In this document: positions 34,369-48,309 of the stretch, piece by piece
Numbering within the stretch: the stretch's first letter is position 1
Layout: each line of letters opens with the position of its first letter
Source of the DNA: Malacoraja senta
Lineage: Eukaryota
Assembly (NCBI GenBank): GCA_038087875.1
Contig: CM075984.1
Coordinates: forward strand, 10,044,001 to 10,108,000
Length of the DNA stretch: 64,000 bases
Reading direction: 5' to 3'
Translations under genes and position numbers: made by a program
Notes under the pieces: generated by a model
Told to the model about the DNA's origin: nothing
The model's database searches: none
What the model saw: the letters and a program-made list of their open reading frames with translations, nothing else

Positions 34369-35236
34369 TAAAGCTTTACTGAGGCTTGGTTGCCAATGTG
34401 GCTTACTGCTAATTGTGGAAGAGTCACAGAGTGGAGGCTACTAGCACGGACCATTCACACATGCTGCAGAAGGCTAATGTGGCTGTAAGAATAGAGGGTA
34501 ACTGGAGGTGAAGTGAGTGAAGATCACAAATTGGATCGAGTGTATTCAGCCCCAATATCTTTAGACAGGCCACAGTTCCAACCAGTCCAAGAGAGGTGCA
34601 TCAATGTTTTCATAGCCAATGTATATGGGGATACCATTCATTTTCTTTGTGCTGAGAAGGGTCAGGAAAAATATTACAGAGGAAAATCAAGTCGATGAGC
34701 TAGCATAAATTTGCTGCTGCATTGTCTGATCAATAAGCCATTTGATGCAACTGTTATAATGCAGCTTTCACACTTTATTAACAGATACATTACTAATTAT
34801 CCTTGAAACCAAGAATGTTTAATCTGGTCGCAGCAGTGTGCATGCACTTTTTAAAGAATGGCAAAACAAAACTATGATTGCAACTGCTTTTTAAAGATTG
34901 GCTCTCCCTAATGCTTATAAATCGTTGACATGAAACACATTCTAAACATTTTTCCTCAAACTTCACCCAGCTCTGACAAATATATTGAAAACTTCAAAGG
35001 CAAATGAATTACCTGTGAAGAATGGCATGCATAGTGGATGCTTCTGATTCCCATCTGTTAGTTATATGGATGAAATAAATCAAAGTAAAGAAAGAAGTTG
35101 CATAAAAATGGTACCTTTCATGTCCTTTGGATGTTTCAAAGTCCTTTGTATTCAATTAATGATGCACAGTAAAGGTCACATGGGCAAATCTTTGTGACGC
35201 AGTCTTCAGTTCACACAATGCAAATACCATGGGCAT

Positions 35237-35556
35237 GGGCGGTCACGGTGGCGCAGCGGTAGAGTTGCTGCCTTACAGCGACAGCAGCGCCGGAGACCCG
35301 GGTTTGATCCTGACTGCGGGTGCTGTCTGTACGGAAGTTGTACCTTCTCCCCGTGATCTGCATGGGTTTTCTCCGAGATTTTCGGTTTCCTCCCACACTC
35401 CAAAGACGTACAAGTTTGCAGATTAATTAGCTGGGTATAAGTGTAAAATTGTCCGTTGTGGGTGTAGGATAGTGTTAATGTGCGGGGATCTCTGGACGGC
35501 GCGGTGGGCCGAAGTGCCTGTTTCCATACTGTATCTCTAAAGTAAAACTAAACTAA
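35237..35556 (+). mobile_element. HE1/V-type SINE
   Basis: Head, core and tail. Confidence 0.88.
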
Positions 35557-35723
35557 ACAAAAGGCCAGGTAGTATTTATTAATTAAGAGGTGAATGTTAC
35601 TGCAACAGTGGAATCCTTATAGGCATCAATACCAACACATTTGTTCATATGACAACCTTAATCTAGGAAAATATCCCAAGCTATTGTTCGGAGCACAGGC
35701 AAATATCTTCAAAACAATAAGTG

Positions 35724-35841
35724 TCCCGATCCGAAATGTCACCTGTTCCTTTTCTCCAGAGATGCTGTCTGACCCGTTGAGTTACTCCAGCTTTTTGTGT
35801 CTATCTTCAGTTTAAACCAGCATCTGCAATTCCTTCCTACA
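35724..35841 (+). mobile_element. PLE pLTR + tail fragment
   Basis: cccgatccgaaatgtcacc...cagcatctgcaattccttcctac. Confidence 0.75.
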
Positions 35842-35849
35842 AACAATGT

Positions 35850-36210
35850 TACACAGCAGTGCTGCTGCAGGTAGTGCAGCAGCTGTCTTGCATCTCCAGG
35901 GTCCTCAATTGCATTGCTGTTTACAGTGCCTGCTGCAGAGAACTGCCCATTATCGCTGTCACTGCAGGGTTTTCTCCCAGTTGCTCCCGTCTCCTCCCAC
36001 ATCCCAGAGACGTGCAGATTGCTAGGTGATTTGCTGCTGTAAATTGCCCCAAGTCTAGGTTGATGGCAGGAGAATTGGGCAAATGGATGGTGTTAAATGG
36101 GCATATGAGAGAGACCATGTCATCTGGGTATTAGTGAGAAAATGGGATTGTTGGAATTGTTTTTTGAACCCCCAGAGACACGATGGGCCGAATGTCCTCT
36201 GCTCTGTGCC
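35850..36210 (+). mobile_element. Older diverged V-type SINE
   Basis: gggttttctcccagttgctcccgtctcctcccacatcccagagacgtgcag...gggccgaatg. Confidence 0.55.
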
Positions 36211-36344
36211 ATTTTGGAAAATGAAAATGGTTGGTAGATGTTCACCTTGCTTTAAGTGTAAAACTGCAATTACAGACCAATCATCTGTCATTGAAGTTTC
36301 CTTACGAAACCTTTTTATATCCATGTTATGTAAAGTTTCTAGAA

Positions 36345-36736
36345 CAGCGTCATAGAGCCATACAGGACCTTTAGCCCAACTTGCCCATGCCGACCAAGAT
36401 GTCCCATCTACACTAGTCTCACTTGCCTGCATTTGGCCCATATCCCTATAAACCTTAGATAGGCACAAAATGCTGGAATAACTCAGCGGGACAGGCAGCA
36501 TCTTTGGAGAGAAAGAATGGGTGACGTTTCAGGTTAAGACCCTTCTTCAACGCTGAAGAAAGGTTTCGACCCAAAACGTCACCCATCCCTCATCTCCAGA
36601 GATGCTCCCTGTTCTGCTGAGTAACTCCAGCATTTTGTGTCTATCTAAGATTTAAACCAGCATCTTCAGTTCCTTCCTACACATTCCCTTTAAACCTTTC
36701 CTATCCATGCACATGTCCAAATGTCTTTTAAATGTT
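36345..36736 (-). mobile_element. CR1 3' end split by a PLE mini-element
   Basis: gcccaacttgcccatgccgacc...ggcccatatccct | aaacctttcctatccatg. Confidence 0.75.
36457..36684. mobile_element. Palindromic PLE mini-element (~95-bp arms)
   Basis: Arms meet at cttca-acgc-tgaag; TSD tccct(a/t)taaacctt. Confidence 0.87.
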
Positions 36737-37078
36737 GAGATCTGTGAGAACTGAAGAAAGGCCCTGTTACTGGAAACCACGGTAGATATTTAGACCAGCA
36801 TCGCTGAAAACATACCACTGCTGCAAATGGAACATAGACGGGTTTGTGAGACTGAACCTGCAGGCTTCTGACTCAGATCCGAGACTGCCAGTAATGAGCT
36901 AAATCAATCACGAGCCCCCAGACTCATGTTAAATTAAACCAGGTCCATACAAAATGTGGATATGAAGATACATGGATATAAATTATCCATTACCTCTGGT
37001 TTGTTAAAAAATGCATGATCTGAAAGAAATATTAGCAATCAGTTATAATGTAATTCCAGCCAGTATGTCAGCTCTGCT

Positions 37079-37310
37079 TGTGGAGGAAGGCACTGCAGTT
37101 TCTGGTTTAAAGCAAAGATAGACACAAAATGCTGGAGTAACTCAGCAGGACGTGCAGCATCTCTGGAGAGAAGGAGTAGGTGGCGTTTCGGGTCAAGACT
37201 GAAGAAGACTCTGAAGGGTCTGAAGAAGGGTCTCGACCCAAAATGCCACCCATTCCTTCTCTCCAGAGATGCTGCCTGTCCTGCTGATTTACTCCAGCAT
37301 TTTGTGTCTG
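37079..37310. mobile_element. Palindromic PLE mini-element
   Basis: TSD tgt(c/t)agctctgct at 37066-37078 and 37311-37323. Confidence 0.83.
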
Positions 37311-37937
37311 TGTTAGCTCTGCTGATTCATTTATATTATTGTACTGAGCGAAGGTCAAATTTGCAAGTGAAAGTGGAACAGGATGACTGGGGAACAACAT
37401 GAACATAACCCACCTAAAGGAAGGTGTTCAGGAGTTTGAGGACTGTGCAGACCATCTGATCTACAGCACAAGACACTTCCTCTGACTCACAGCATGTTTT
37501 GAAGCTGTTCTTCATGCACATCGCTTGCAATTGAGTGCTTCATGCTTAAAAGTCTGTAAGCAAAGGACTGAAACGGTGAGCGTGGTCAGGTGCTACTGAT
37601 CTACATATGCAGAAAGGTTCAAATGTTCTTTCAAAAGGCATCCACAGAGGCCCAGTCATCGCAGTATTTACCATCTTGTGGCTTGCCTTGTTGGTAGGGA
37701 GCTTTACCCATCGTAGGCATCCATTCAGGGCTGGAGAGATGAATAATCCATCCAAGATTATGGCCTCTCCGATCGGCGAGATGGCCAGATGTGGTTAAAT
37801 TCGAAAATGCTGACAATAAATTCTTCCTTTCACACCCATTAATTAGAGTTGAGGATGAGACAACACTGGGTGGCATACAGTCAGTTGATACTGAAACAAA
37901 ACCATCGTGTGTGTTTAACAATTAGTGCCGCAGTAAA

Positions 37938-38220
37938 AGCCACAAAGTGCTGGAGTTACTCAGCGGGTCAGGCAGCATCACTGGGGAACATGGATAGGTG
38001 GCGTTTCGGGTCAAGATCCTTCTTCAGATTGATTGTGTGTGTGTTGAAGGGGGGAGGGACGAAAACTGGAAGAGAGGAGAAGGATAAAGCATGGCAGGTA
38101 ATAGGTAAACACTACAAAAAAAGACACAAAGTGCTGGAGTAACTCAGCGGGTCAGGCAGCTTACTCCAGCACTTTGTGTCTTTTTTTGAAATCCAGAGAT
38201 GCTGCCTGACCTGCTGAGTT
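37938..38220. mobile_element. Cluster of PLE pLTR arms
   Basis: Repeated cacaaagtgctggagtaactcagcgggtcaggcagc and its complement. Confidence 0.72.
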
Positions 38221-38563
38221 TAGTTTAGTTTACAGGCCCTTCGTCCCACCGAGTCCGCACCGACCAGCGATCCCTGCACATTAACACCACTCTACACACA
38301 CTAGGGATAATTTACATTTATACCAAGCCAATTAACCTACAAACGTCTTTGGAGTGTGGGAGATAACCAAAGATCTCGGGGAAAACCCACGCGGTCACGG
38401 GGAGAACGTACAACTCCGTACAAAGAGCACCCGTAATCAGGATCGAACCCGGGTCTACGGTGCTGCAAGTGCTGTAAGGCAGTAACTCTACCGCTGTGCC
38501 ACCGTGCCGCCATGCCGACTGGTCAACATTAAATGCCTGCTTGAAATCCTGAAAAAAGCTGTC
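38218..38563 (-). mobile_element. HE1/V-type SINE with the shared 5' leader
   Basis: SINE at 38218-38510; leader at 38511-38563. Confidence 0.84.
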
Positions 38564-38835
38564 ATTCATACTACTGGGTTGTAAGTTACCCAAGCAAAAT
38601 ATGAGGTGCTGTTCCTCCAATTTGCACCTGCCCTCACTCTAGCAATGGAGGAGGCCCAGGACAGAAAAATCAGTATGGGAATGGGAAGGAGAATTAAAAT
38701 GGTTGGCAACCGGGAGATCCCGTAGACCTCAGCGGACCAGCGAAACAGTTGCCGAGACTACATTTGGTCTCGCCGATGTACAGGACGCCAAATCGGGAAC
38801 ATCGGATGAAATAGATGAGTTTGGAGTAGTGCACC
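38564..38835 (-). mobile_element. PLE GIY-YIG endonuclease fragment
   Basis: LIYFIRCSRFGVLYIGETKC and EEQHLIFCLGNLQPSSMN match the C-terminus of the intact PLE. Confidence 0.8.
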
Positions 38836-39519
38836 TTCCCATGTGAACTTCCTTGAGTTTAATTTACTTTGTTCGATTCTAAACAATGAGCCTTCACTAC
38901 ATTGTGGCGACCAACTGCAGTTTGCAAAACACCTTTGTACAATCTGTGACTCTGATTATCCAGTCATTTGTCATTTTAATTCTTGGTCCTCCATTCTGTT
39001 TCTCTGTTCTCAATCCCGATATAACTTCGGTAAAGGTCAGTACAATCTCAAATGCCAGCATCTGCTCTTTCAGTCACAAGGTTTGGTTTAACAATTTCTG
39101 ATAATCACTATTATTCCCATTGTCACATCTTCTAGCTTGGCTCTCATCTTCTCTTCTGTGTCCTATTTACATAAATTTCAGCTTTGTAGTACCAGTTCCT
39201 TTCATCTCTTCTGCCTCTCTCGCCCTTTGTCGCCTCTCCCCCACTGTCCCTGTCTCCGTGTTCACTTAGTACCATCTCTAACCTTTTCCTGTCCTGACGT
39301 AGTCATCAGCCTAACAAATGTATGCTTCTTTATGTTGCCTGGCCTTCTGAATAGTTAGTTTTCTCATTTTATTTCGATTTGCAGCAAGTATTCACACTGC
39401 GAGCCACACATGTGGGAGCAATGGGGGCACATGAAGACCACTGTGGGGGGATTCATAGATGCAGCCTTCCTCCTGTCTCTGGCACTAATGAGTCGCCTTC
39501 AGCGATTGTCTTCGAAACT

Positions 39520-40285
39520 GGGGTTAGGTTAGGTAAGGGGGAGGTGCAGCGAGACCTGGGTGTCTTTGTACACCAGTCAATGAAAGTTGGCGTGCAGGTA
39601 CAGCAGGCCGTGAAGAAAGCTAATGGAATGTTGGCCTTCATAACAAGAGGATTTCAGTATAGGAGTAGAGAGGTTCTTCTGCAGTTGTATAGGACTCTGG
39701 TAAGACCACATCTGGAGTATTGTGTACAGTTTTGGTCTCCTAATTTGAGGAAGGACATTCTTGTGATTGAGACAGTGCAGCGTAGGTTCACGAGATTGAT
39801 CCCTGGGATGGCGGGACTGTCATATGAGGAAAGATTGAAAAGACTAGGCTTGTATTCACTGGAGTTTAGAAGGATGAGGGGGATCTTATAGAAATATATA
39901 AAATTATAAAAGCACTGGACAAGCTAGATGCAGGAAAAATGTTCCCAATGTTGGGCGAGTCCAGAACCAGGGGCCACGATCTTAGAATAAAGGGGAAGCC
40001 ATTTAAGACTGAGGTTAGAAAAAACTTTTTCACCCAGAGAGTTGTGAATTTGTGGAATTCCCTGCCACAGAGGGCAGTGGAGGCCAAATCACTGGATGGA
40101 TTTAAGAGAGAATTAGATAGAGCTCTAGGGGCTAGTGGAATCAATGGATATGGGGAGAAGGCAGGCACGGGTTATTGATTGGGGACGATCAGCCATGATC
40201 ACAATGAATGGCGGTGCTGGCTCGAAGGGCCGAATGGCCTCCTCCTGCACCTATTTTCTATGTTTCTATGTTTCTATATGTCTAT
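39520..40285 (+). mobile_element. CR1 3' fragment, relatively young
   Basis: RDLGVFVHQSMK..KANGMLAFI..LVRPHLEYCVQFWSP..FFTQRVVNLWNSLP; (ctatgttt)n tail. Confidence 0.92.
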
Positions 40286-40332
40286 GCTGACTGCCTTCCT
40301 AGTGGTTGTACACCAGCCAGTCATGCCACTGG

Positions 40333-40552
40333 TGTGTAAGAAAGAACTGCAGATGCTGGTAAAATCGAAGGTAGAAACAAAATGCTAGAGTAACTCAGCA
40401 GGACAGACAGCATCTCTACAGAGAGGGAATTGGTGACGTTTCGGGTCGAGAACCTTCTTCTGGCGTTTTGGGTCTCGACCCAAAACGTCACCAATTCCTT
40501 CTCCCTAGAGATGCTGCCTGTCCCGCTGAGTTACTCCAGCATTTTGTGTCTA
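40333..40552. mobile_element. Palindromic PLE mini-element
   Basis: TSD ccagtc(a/c)tg(c/t)cactgg at 40317-40332 and 40553-40568. Confidence 0.82.
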
Positions 40553-41269
40553 CCAGTCCTGTCACTGGCACAGGTTTCCAGTTCTTTTGGGGTTTGGCCT
40601 GCGTGCAGGAGGTGGTCCTTGATACAGTCTTTGAACCGTTTCTTTGGGCGCCTTGGGTTCCTTTGACTCTGTGACAGAACTCCGTACAGGAGTTGGTGAG
40701 GCATGTGGGTTCATCCATCCACTGCAGTAAGAATTAAGTAACTTACCATTTAGCATCTGAGAAATAACCAAACCTATGGCACAGGATTAGGTCATTATAG
40801 ATATTGATTTTCATTGCACAGAAGCTTTTGTGGAATGCTTTGTTTTCTATTAATGATTCTTATAATTAAACAAGTGCGCAATAAGCATATTAGTGGAATC
40901 TGGGGACCCATCGTATACACGCCTTCCAACATGGAGTGATTGAATAGCAAGATTACTAAATGCTTAATTAACCAACAATAGGTTATTTTCTGCTTACTTT
41001 AACCTTCCATTCTTTTAAAAGATATTCTGATGTGGATATTATTGGCAGCGCTGGCATTTGCTGCCTTTTTTTGCTCCTGCCTTGTTGTCCTTGAATTCAG
41101 CACACATGTGCCAACTAATTCATTCTGTTATCATGTAGCGATTTCCAGGATACTCCAACAAAAATGCAAGCCATCAACAGAAAATAGGCACAAAAGAGAC
41201 ACATCAACAGAAGTTAGACACAAAAAGCCATCAAAACTTAGGCACAAAACTACAACTCTCTGCATGGAA

Positions 41270-41740
41270 AACTCACCTCTCTGATTCCCTTTAAATACCC
41301 CCCCCCCCCCACTCACCATTGCCATTTAGTTCTAGACTCCCCTACCCTAGGGAAATTATTCTGACCATCTATCCTACCTCTGTCCCTCATAGGTTTATAA
41401 ACATCTATAAAATCATCCCTGAACATCCTACTTTGTAGGGAGAATTAACACTGCCTTTCCAATTTCTCCTTGTAACAGCAGGAATCCATTCCAGGCAACA
41501 TCCTGATGAATCTTTTCTGTACTCTCTCCATTGCTCCATTTCATGAAGCCTGTCGAGCAGAAATGTACACAATACTCCAAGTATAGCCCAACCAGGGGTT
41601 TGTACATCTGCAACATAACGTCCCAGCTGTTATACTCAATGCCTCCAGCGATGAAAGCAAGCATATGAAGTGCCGTGTTCACTACTTATCCACCTGTGTC
41701 ACTGTTTTCAGGGAGCTAATGGACAAGATCTCTATGTACA
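41270..41740 (-). mobile_element. Decayed CR1 fragment
   Basis: MLAFIAGGIEYNSWDVMLQMYKPLVGLYLEYCVHF. Confidence 0.75.
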
Positions 41741-43511
41741 TCAGCAAACTTGATGTTTCTTGCTATTATGAGAGTCATGCTCTCATAAGATTTATTGTTC
41801 ATTTATGACATATGTTGTGTAAAAAAATTACAAAATAGTCAATACTTTATCATTTGACATGATACATAATATATTTTTTCATTAATATCACACAGTGGTT
41901 CCATTTTACTTAAAATGCAATTCAATCAACTGGGATGAAAAGTGAATGTTATTTTTTAATATTAATTGTTTGGTTGTCATATTAAACATACTTAACAACT
42001 TTGTTTAGAATTAGTGAAACAACAAGAAATCCACTTACTTTTACAGTTACAATTTAATTTGTTTTCTTACACTGCACAAATGAAAACTTTCCAGTTGATT
42101 TTGTTGACTCATCTATTGTATTCTGGGAGATAGCAGACTTTGACTGGAAGTTTGTGATAAGCTCTATCACACAAATGTCAAGGTCCATTATCTATAATAT
42201 GACTAAAGATTAGCAATGCAAAGGCATAGGACCGCGCTGATTGAAATGCAGACATGAAGACCAGTTAGATTACAGCTGAAGTAGAGCACAGACTGACAAA
42301 GAATTAGAAACTGATTTTGTGCCTTTACATCCCTGTTAAAGTAGGCATTGCATAAAGTAAAGTAGCTATAAAGTTACAAAGGGAATTCACTTCAAATCAC
42401 TTTTGATCTATAGTGACCTACTGGGTAAAGTGAGACCACCTCTGTTTTCCTTATGTGGAGGATGGAACTGCAGATGCTGGTTTAAACCAAAGAGTTTGGT
42501 TTCACAAACAAAAGTGTGAAAATAATGAATTTTACCTATAAAAGGAAATGCAGTTTATATTGCATGTGTGAATTTTCCTAAGAGTTTACTAGGTTTTAAT
42601 CCAGGCATTATAGGATCTGAATGGAAGAAGAGGACTTGCTATCAGTGTCAATAATAAAGTTATTAGAGTAGTTTAAGAGAAAAACCCTCTCTTGGAGATT
42701 AATGCAAAATTAGGTTCTTTTTGCCACAAACAACAGTTGAAGCAAAATCTATGATTCCTTTAAAAATAATTGCATTTGGAAGAGAGCAACATCACAAGGT
42801 ATGTGGATTAAGTAAGAAAGTAGCTTCCTCGTGTGAAGCGATGAGTCACTTGATTTTTTTTGCTGTCATCTTTTATGATTATGCAACATTGGAGGAGCAT
42901 GTTATTGCCTTGTGATATTGGATCTTGTGATTACAGTTCTGTTATTCTGCATCAAGGGCCTGTCCCACTGCGGGGACCTAATTTGCGAGTTTAAAAGAGT
43001 TTGTGCTCGACTCAAACTCACAGCATGGTCTATGTAGCTCTCCTTCATGCTCGAGAGAAGTTCCCGCATACTCAGTTTGGTCGAGGAGTATTTTTTAGCA
43101 TGCTGAAAAATTGTCCACGAGTAAAAATTGGTCGGCATGGAAAAGAAAAACTCTTAAACGGTTTTTTTTTTTTCCAATTTTATTTTTGTTAGAAGCAATT
43201 GTACAGAGATAAAACATTAGGCATCTAAAATTATACAATTATGGTACAGCTTCATTTTTAACCTTATAATCTAAATTATGAAAATGAAAAAAGAAAAGAA
43301 AGAGAAAAGAAGAAAGAAAAGAAGTAGAAAGTGAAAAGATAGATTGAAGAAGAAGAACAAAAGAAAATCCCCTAACTACCAACGCAGTGTAGCAGAAATA
43401 TACAGAAATAAAAAAGAAGAAAAAGAAAAGTGGAGATATACCTTGCCCCTCGTCCCCCCACCCTCACCCAACCCAGCATCGGATTTAAATTTAAATTTGT
43501 GTTGCACCATA

Positions 43512-46500
43512 CTATTGTTGTAAGAATTCGGTAAAGGGTGTCCATGTCTTAAGAAATTGATCTGGTTTTTCTGCCAAGACAAGCCTAATATTTTCCAAAT
43601 GTAGTGTCTCGGACATATCTGTAATCCACATCTTAACTGTAGGGACTGTTGTCTGTTTCCAAAATTTAAGTATTAATTTTTTCGCCGTTATTAGGCCATA
43701 GTTAAGGAAATGTCTTTGAAATATCGTTAGCTCAGAACAGGCCTCTGACACCTAGTGTGATCAGTTTTATATTGGGATCCAATTTAGTTTAAAGTATTTT
43801 GGAAAAGATATCAAAAATTCCCCTCCAAAAATTTTGCAATTTTGTGCAGGAAACAAAAGAATGGGTTATAGTCGCTTCTTGGAGGAGACATTTATCACAG
43901 ATAGGAGAGACATTTGGGAAGATCTTGTTCAATTTAGACTTTGAATAATAGAGTCTATGAAGTATTTTAAATTGTATCAGGGAGTGCCTAACATTAAGAG
44001 AACAGTAATGTATATATAAAAGACTTTCCTCCCAACTATCCTTTGAAATTGTTAAACCCAATTCGTCTTCCCATGCTCGCCTAATTATTTCCGACGATGG
44101 GATATGTACATTTAAAAGGGTATTATAAAAATAGGATATTAACTTGTTTGTATCCGCCTTTCTGTTCATGCATTCGTCTAATATATCTGGGCCCATAGAG
44201 TGACAATCTTGCATGAGTATTTTCACATAGTCTCATATTTGAAGATATCTGAAGAAATGACTACCTTTCAGATGATATTTCAACTGTAGTTCTTGAAACG
44301 AAAGGAAGGTCCCCTTCTCATAAAGATCTCCCAGCTTTTTGATTCCTAGGCTTTCCCATTGTGCAAACGCCTTATCTAGAGTAGACGGTTTAAACGATGG
44401 ATTATTGGCGATTGGTAAGAGGAGAGGGAAATTTCTCAATTTAAGGGTTGATTTCAACTGTTTCCAAATTCGTAAGGTGCTATGGATTATTGGATTTTTC
44501 TCATACATTGATTTCTTCAAATGTATTGGAGAGAGAAGAATCGTGCCCATATTGAAAGGCAAACAATCTTCCCTCTCCATTTTTAACCAGTTTACTTGTT
44601 GGCATGTATCATCCATCCAGTAAATTAAATTTTTAATATTAGTTGCCCAATAATAGAGAAGAAAATTAGGGAGAGCCAGTCCACCGATTTCTTTAGGTTT
44701 GCATAAATGTTGTTTATGAATTCTATGAGTTTTATAATCCCAGATAAAGTTTGTAATCACAGAGTCGAGTTTTTTAAAGAAGTTTTTCGGGAGGTAAATC
44801 GGTATTGATTGAAATAGATACAGGAGTTGTGGCATTTACTCTACCAATAAGGGAAATCGGAAGTGTTTTCCAAAATTGAATAAGGGCATTTAATTTGGTG
44901 ATTAATGGTGGAAAATTTGCTTGAAATAAAGAGGAATATTTTCTAGTCACGTAAACTCCAAGGTATTTGAATTTTTCAGTAGCAATTCTAAAGGGAAATG
45001 TTAGGAGATGTGATGGGTCGAGGTTTTATCGGCATAATTTCACTTTTGTCCCAGTTTATTCTATACCCTGAGAAGGAGCCGAATTGTTCTATGAGGTTTA
45101 GTATATTTGGGATACTGACTTGGGAGTTGGTAATATATAAAAGTACATTGTCTGCATATAACAAAATCTTATTATTAGTATATTTAGTATTATGACCATG
45201 AATGCTCGGATGTACACCTATACTTTCAGCTAAGGGTTCTATAACAAGGGCAAATAACATTGGTGATAAAGCACACCCTTGTCTATTGCCCCTGGAAATT
45301 GAAATTTAAGTGACAGAGTTTGATTAGTCAATATTCTGGCAGTCAGATTGTTATATAACAACTTTATCCATTAAATAACATTTTCTCCTAGTTGGAATTT
45401 TTGCAATACTGTGAAGAGATATTCCCATTCTACTTGGTCAAATGCTTTTTCTGCGTCTAAAGAAATAATTGATAAGTCTTCATTCATCGTTCTGTGTGAG
45501 TACATTATATTAAACAAGCGTCTCAAATCATTGAACGAATGTCTCTTAGGTATAAACCCGGTTTGATCAGAGTGTATTAATTTGCTGATGTATTTACTTA
45601 GTCTTCTTGCCAGTGTTTTAGCTAATATTTTCTGGTCTGTATTTAAAAGAGCTATTGCTCTATATGATCCTGGCTCTTCAATATCTTTGTCTTTCTTGGG
45701 TATCAATGTAATAGTTGATTTGGCTAAAGTTTGTGGTAACGTCTGTTCTTTAAATGCGTGTATATAAAGGGCTTGTAAACGAGGGGAAATTAATTCATGA
45801 AATTTTTTATAGAATTCATTGCTGAACCCATCTGGGCCTGGCGTTTTACCATTATTCAGTGATTTAATAGTCTCTTCAATATCTTTTACTGTAATCTCCG
45901 TTCCTAATTCTTCTCGTTCCACCTCATTGAGTGATGGAAGGTTGCAATTGTCAAGGAAGTTTTTAATCTGTATGGTTTCTACTGAAGTTTTAGATGTGTA
46001 TAAACTTTAATAGAATTCTAAGAATCTTTTATTGGTATCTTTAGGGAGTGTAAACAGCTCACCTTTTTCTGATCTAATTTTTTGGATGGTATGATCTTTT
46101 TCCATTTTTCTGAGCTGACTTGCCAGAAGTTTATGCGGTTTGTCACCAAATTCAAAGTTTTTTTGCTTAGTATATTGAAATAACTTAATAACTCTTGCTG
46201 AAAGAATTTGATTTAGCTTGAATTTTAATACTGCTATCTTATTGTGTTTGACAATAGATGGATCGGTAGCATTTTCTAAATCAAGCAGTCTAATCTGTTC
46301 TTCTAATTCCAATTGTTCCAACCTATTTTTTTTATTTTGATAAGCTTGATATGAGATAATAGAACCTCTGAAAAAGGCCTTAAAAGATTCCCATAATAAA
46401 GAGGCTGAAATACCAGGTGTGTCATTTGTCTCATAAAATAGTTCCATCTGTTGCTTCAAATACTCAGAGCAACCTGAGTTGGTTAATATTTGAGGATTAA

Positions 46501-47276
46501 ATCTCCAGAACATTTTTTTATTATGCATTCCTTCTAATTTTAAGGAGAATGTTAATGGACAATGATCGGAAATAATATTATTGTGATATTTGGGATTAAT
46601 TGTGAAAGGGATCAATTTTATGTCCACCAGAAAATAATCAATACATGTATACGTTTTGTGAACGGCTGAATAAAAAGAATATTCTCTTCCGGATGGATTA
46701 GCAATCCTCCATACGTCAGTTATGTTTGTATTTTTTATGTAAGTGTTTAGAAGTTCGCTGGATTTTGATTTTTGATTATATCTCATTTGCTGTGAAGATT
46801 TATCTAGATAAGGGTCCGGTACACAATTGAAGTCTCCTCCAATTATCAGATTTTGCTGGATGGAGTCTGAGATTATGATAATTATTTTATTAAAAAATTG
46901 TGGGTGTGAAAATTAGGGGCGTAGCTATTTACCATAGTAAATGGGGTTGAATATAACTCCCCAGATACTATAATGTACCTACCCTCCTTATCGGCTATGG
47001 TGGCTTTGTGTTTGAATGGTATCCTTTTCAAATTATGATTGCAGTACCTCTAGCTTTAGAGAGGAAAGTAGAATGATATAGTTGACCAATCCAGTTAGCC
47101 TTCAGCCTGTTATTAGCTCCATCCTTAAGATGCGTCTTTTGTAAAAATATTATATCAGTATTAATAGATTTTAGATGGGCTAAGACCTTACCCCTTTTAA
47201 TTGGCTCATTAACGCCCCTAACATTCCAACTACAAAAGGTGATACCTCCAGTTTTCCTAGAAGGATTGTCTTGCAT
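43512..47276 (-). pseudogene. L1 ORF2 (APE endonuclease-RT-Cys domain), frameshifted
   Basis: SWNVRG, CIDYFL, ISDH, KTPGPDGF, LDAEKAFD, LYADN, CDKC..H in several broken frames. Confidence 0.9.
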
Positions 47277-48309
47277 TAAAGCTTACATGGTTTCCCTTGT
47301 TTCAAATGGAGTAACACAATATATAAAATAAGACTTTTAGTTGCTGGGTGGGTGAGCCCAATTCCAGGCCCCTGCAGGTATCTCCCAAGAAAGAGTGCCT
47401 TAAAAAAAGATAGATAAAGAGTGTAATAGACAGGCTAAGAAATTAAAAAAAACGTCAAAAATCACAGCATATAGGCATGCTGTGGGTGTGTCCCACCCCC
47501 TGGTGGAATAATTCTTGTAAACTTCCGTAGATGTTAAATGCAGTTAGCTCCGCTCCTTACAGAGTAATTAAAAAAAAGGGATTGAACAAAACAGAATATA
47601 CTAAAGAAAAGAGGAAGATCAGTATATAATTCCATCTGGGGAACCAGATTTCCAACAAATTTAGTATCATTTTATACAGTGAATACTAAATGAATATTTG
47701 GTAATTAGATTAATATATAGAACTTATTAACTAGCTTACTGAAATTAAGATGTCAAATAAATAGTCGATTTAAAATCGGTAGACTTAATGCAATTTATTA
47801 CTTCCACCAGCAGTTCCATAGACAGAGCGAGAACTCTCTCTACTCCCCTCTCAAACGCCCTTCAACTCCCCAAGCTTCCCCACTCGTTCTAATACCATCT
47901 CTAAACTTCCGTACATCTTGCCGCAACTTACTCAGTACCTATCTACACTTACTCGACCCCTCTCTCTCTATTAACCTCTGTCCTCTCCCTGGGCCTTTTC
48001 ACGTGCATTCCATTTCTATCTCTAATCTTCGCCCAGACTTAACAGCCCTTATTTCTATAATGTCGGCCATCTTGTACGAACATTTTAATTTTAAACCCAG
48101 TATAAATGCATACAGTGTAGGAAAATTATAAGTCCTTTGTAAACCCTTATAGCTTTTATAACCGCTCTATAAATGAATACAGAAGGAGTGACTTAAACAC
48201 ACAGTATAACTTCAAGGTAAATAAAACATAGCCCTCCTAAGTGACCTCGTAAAGTCAGCTCAATGTACTTTCGTGACAAAGCTATGCAAAATGTTACTTA
48301 TCCTTATCC

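Noticed and set aside
35090-35225. Possible ancient DeuSINE/L2-type tail (minus strand)
   Set aside because: Resemblance from memory only; too diverged to support without alignment.
36457-36650. Palindromic ~200-bp repeats as DNA-transposon MITEs or pre-miRNAs
   Set aside because: The arms match the PLE pLTR, TSD length varies (9-18 bp) and the ends are asymmetric, which indicates retrotransposition.
39379-39891. 170-aa ORF as a host gene
   Set aside because: It is CR1 ORF2 sequence read in from flanking DNA.
41030-41284. 84-aa ORF with a hydrophobic, signal-peptide-like N-terminus
   Set aside because: No recognisable family, it ends in a CR1 remnant, and it is consistent with chance in T-rich DNA.
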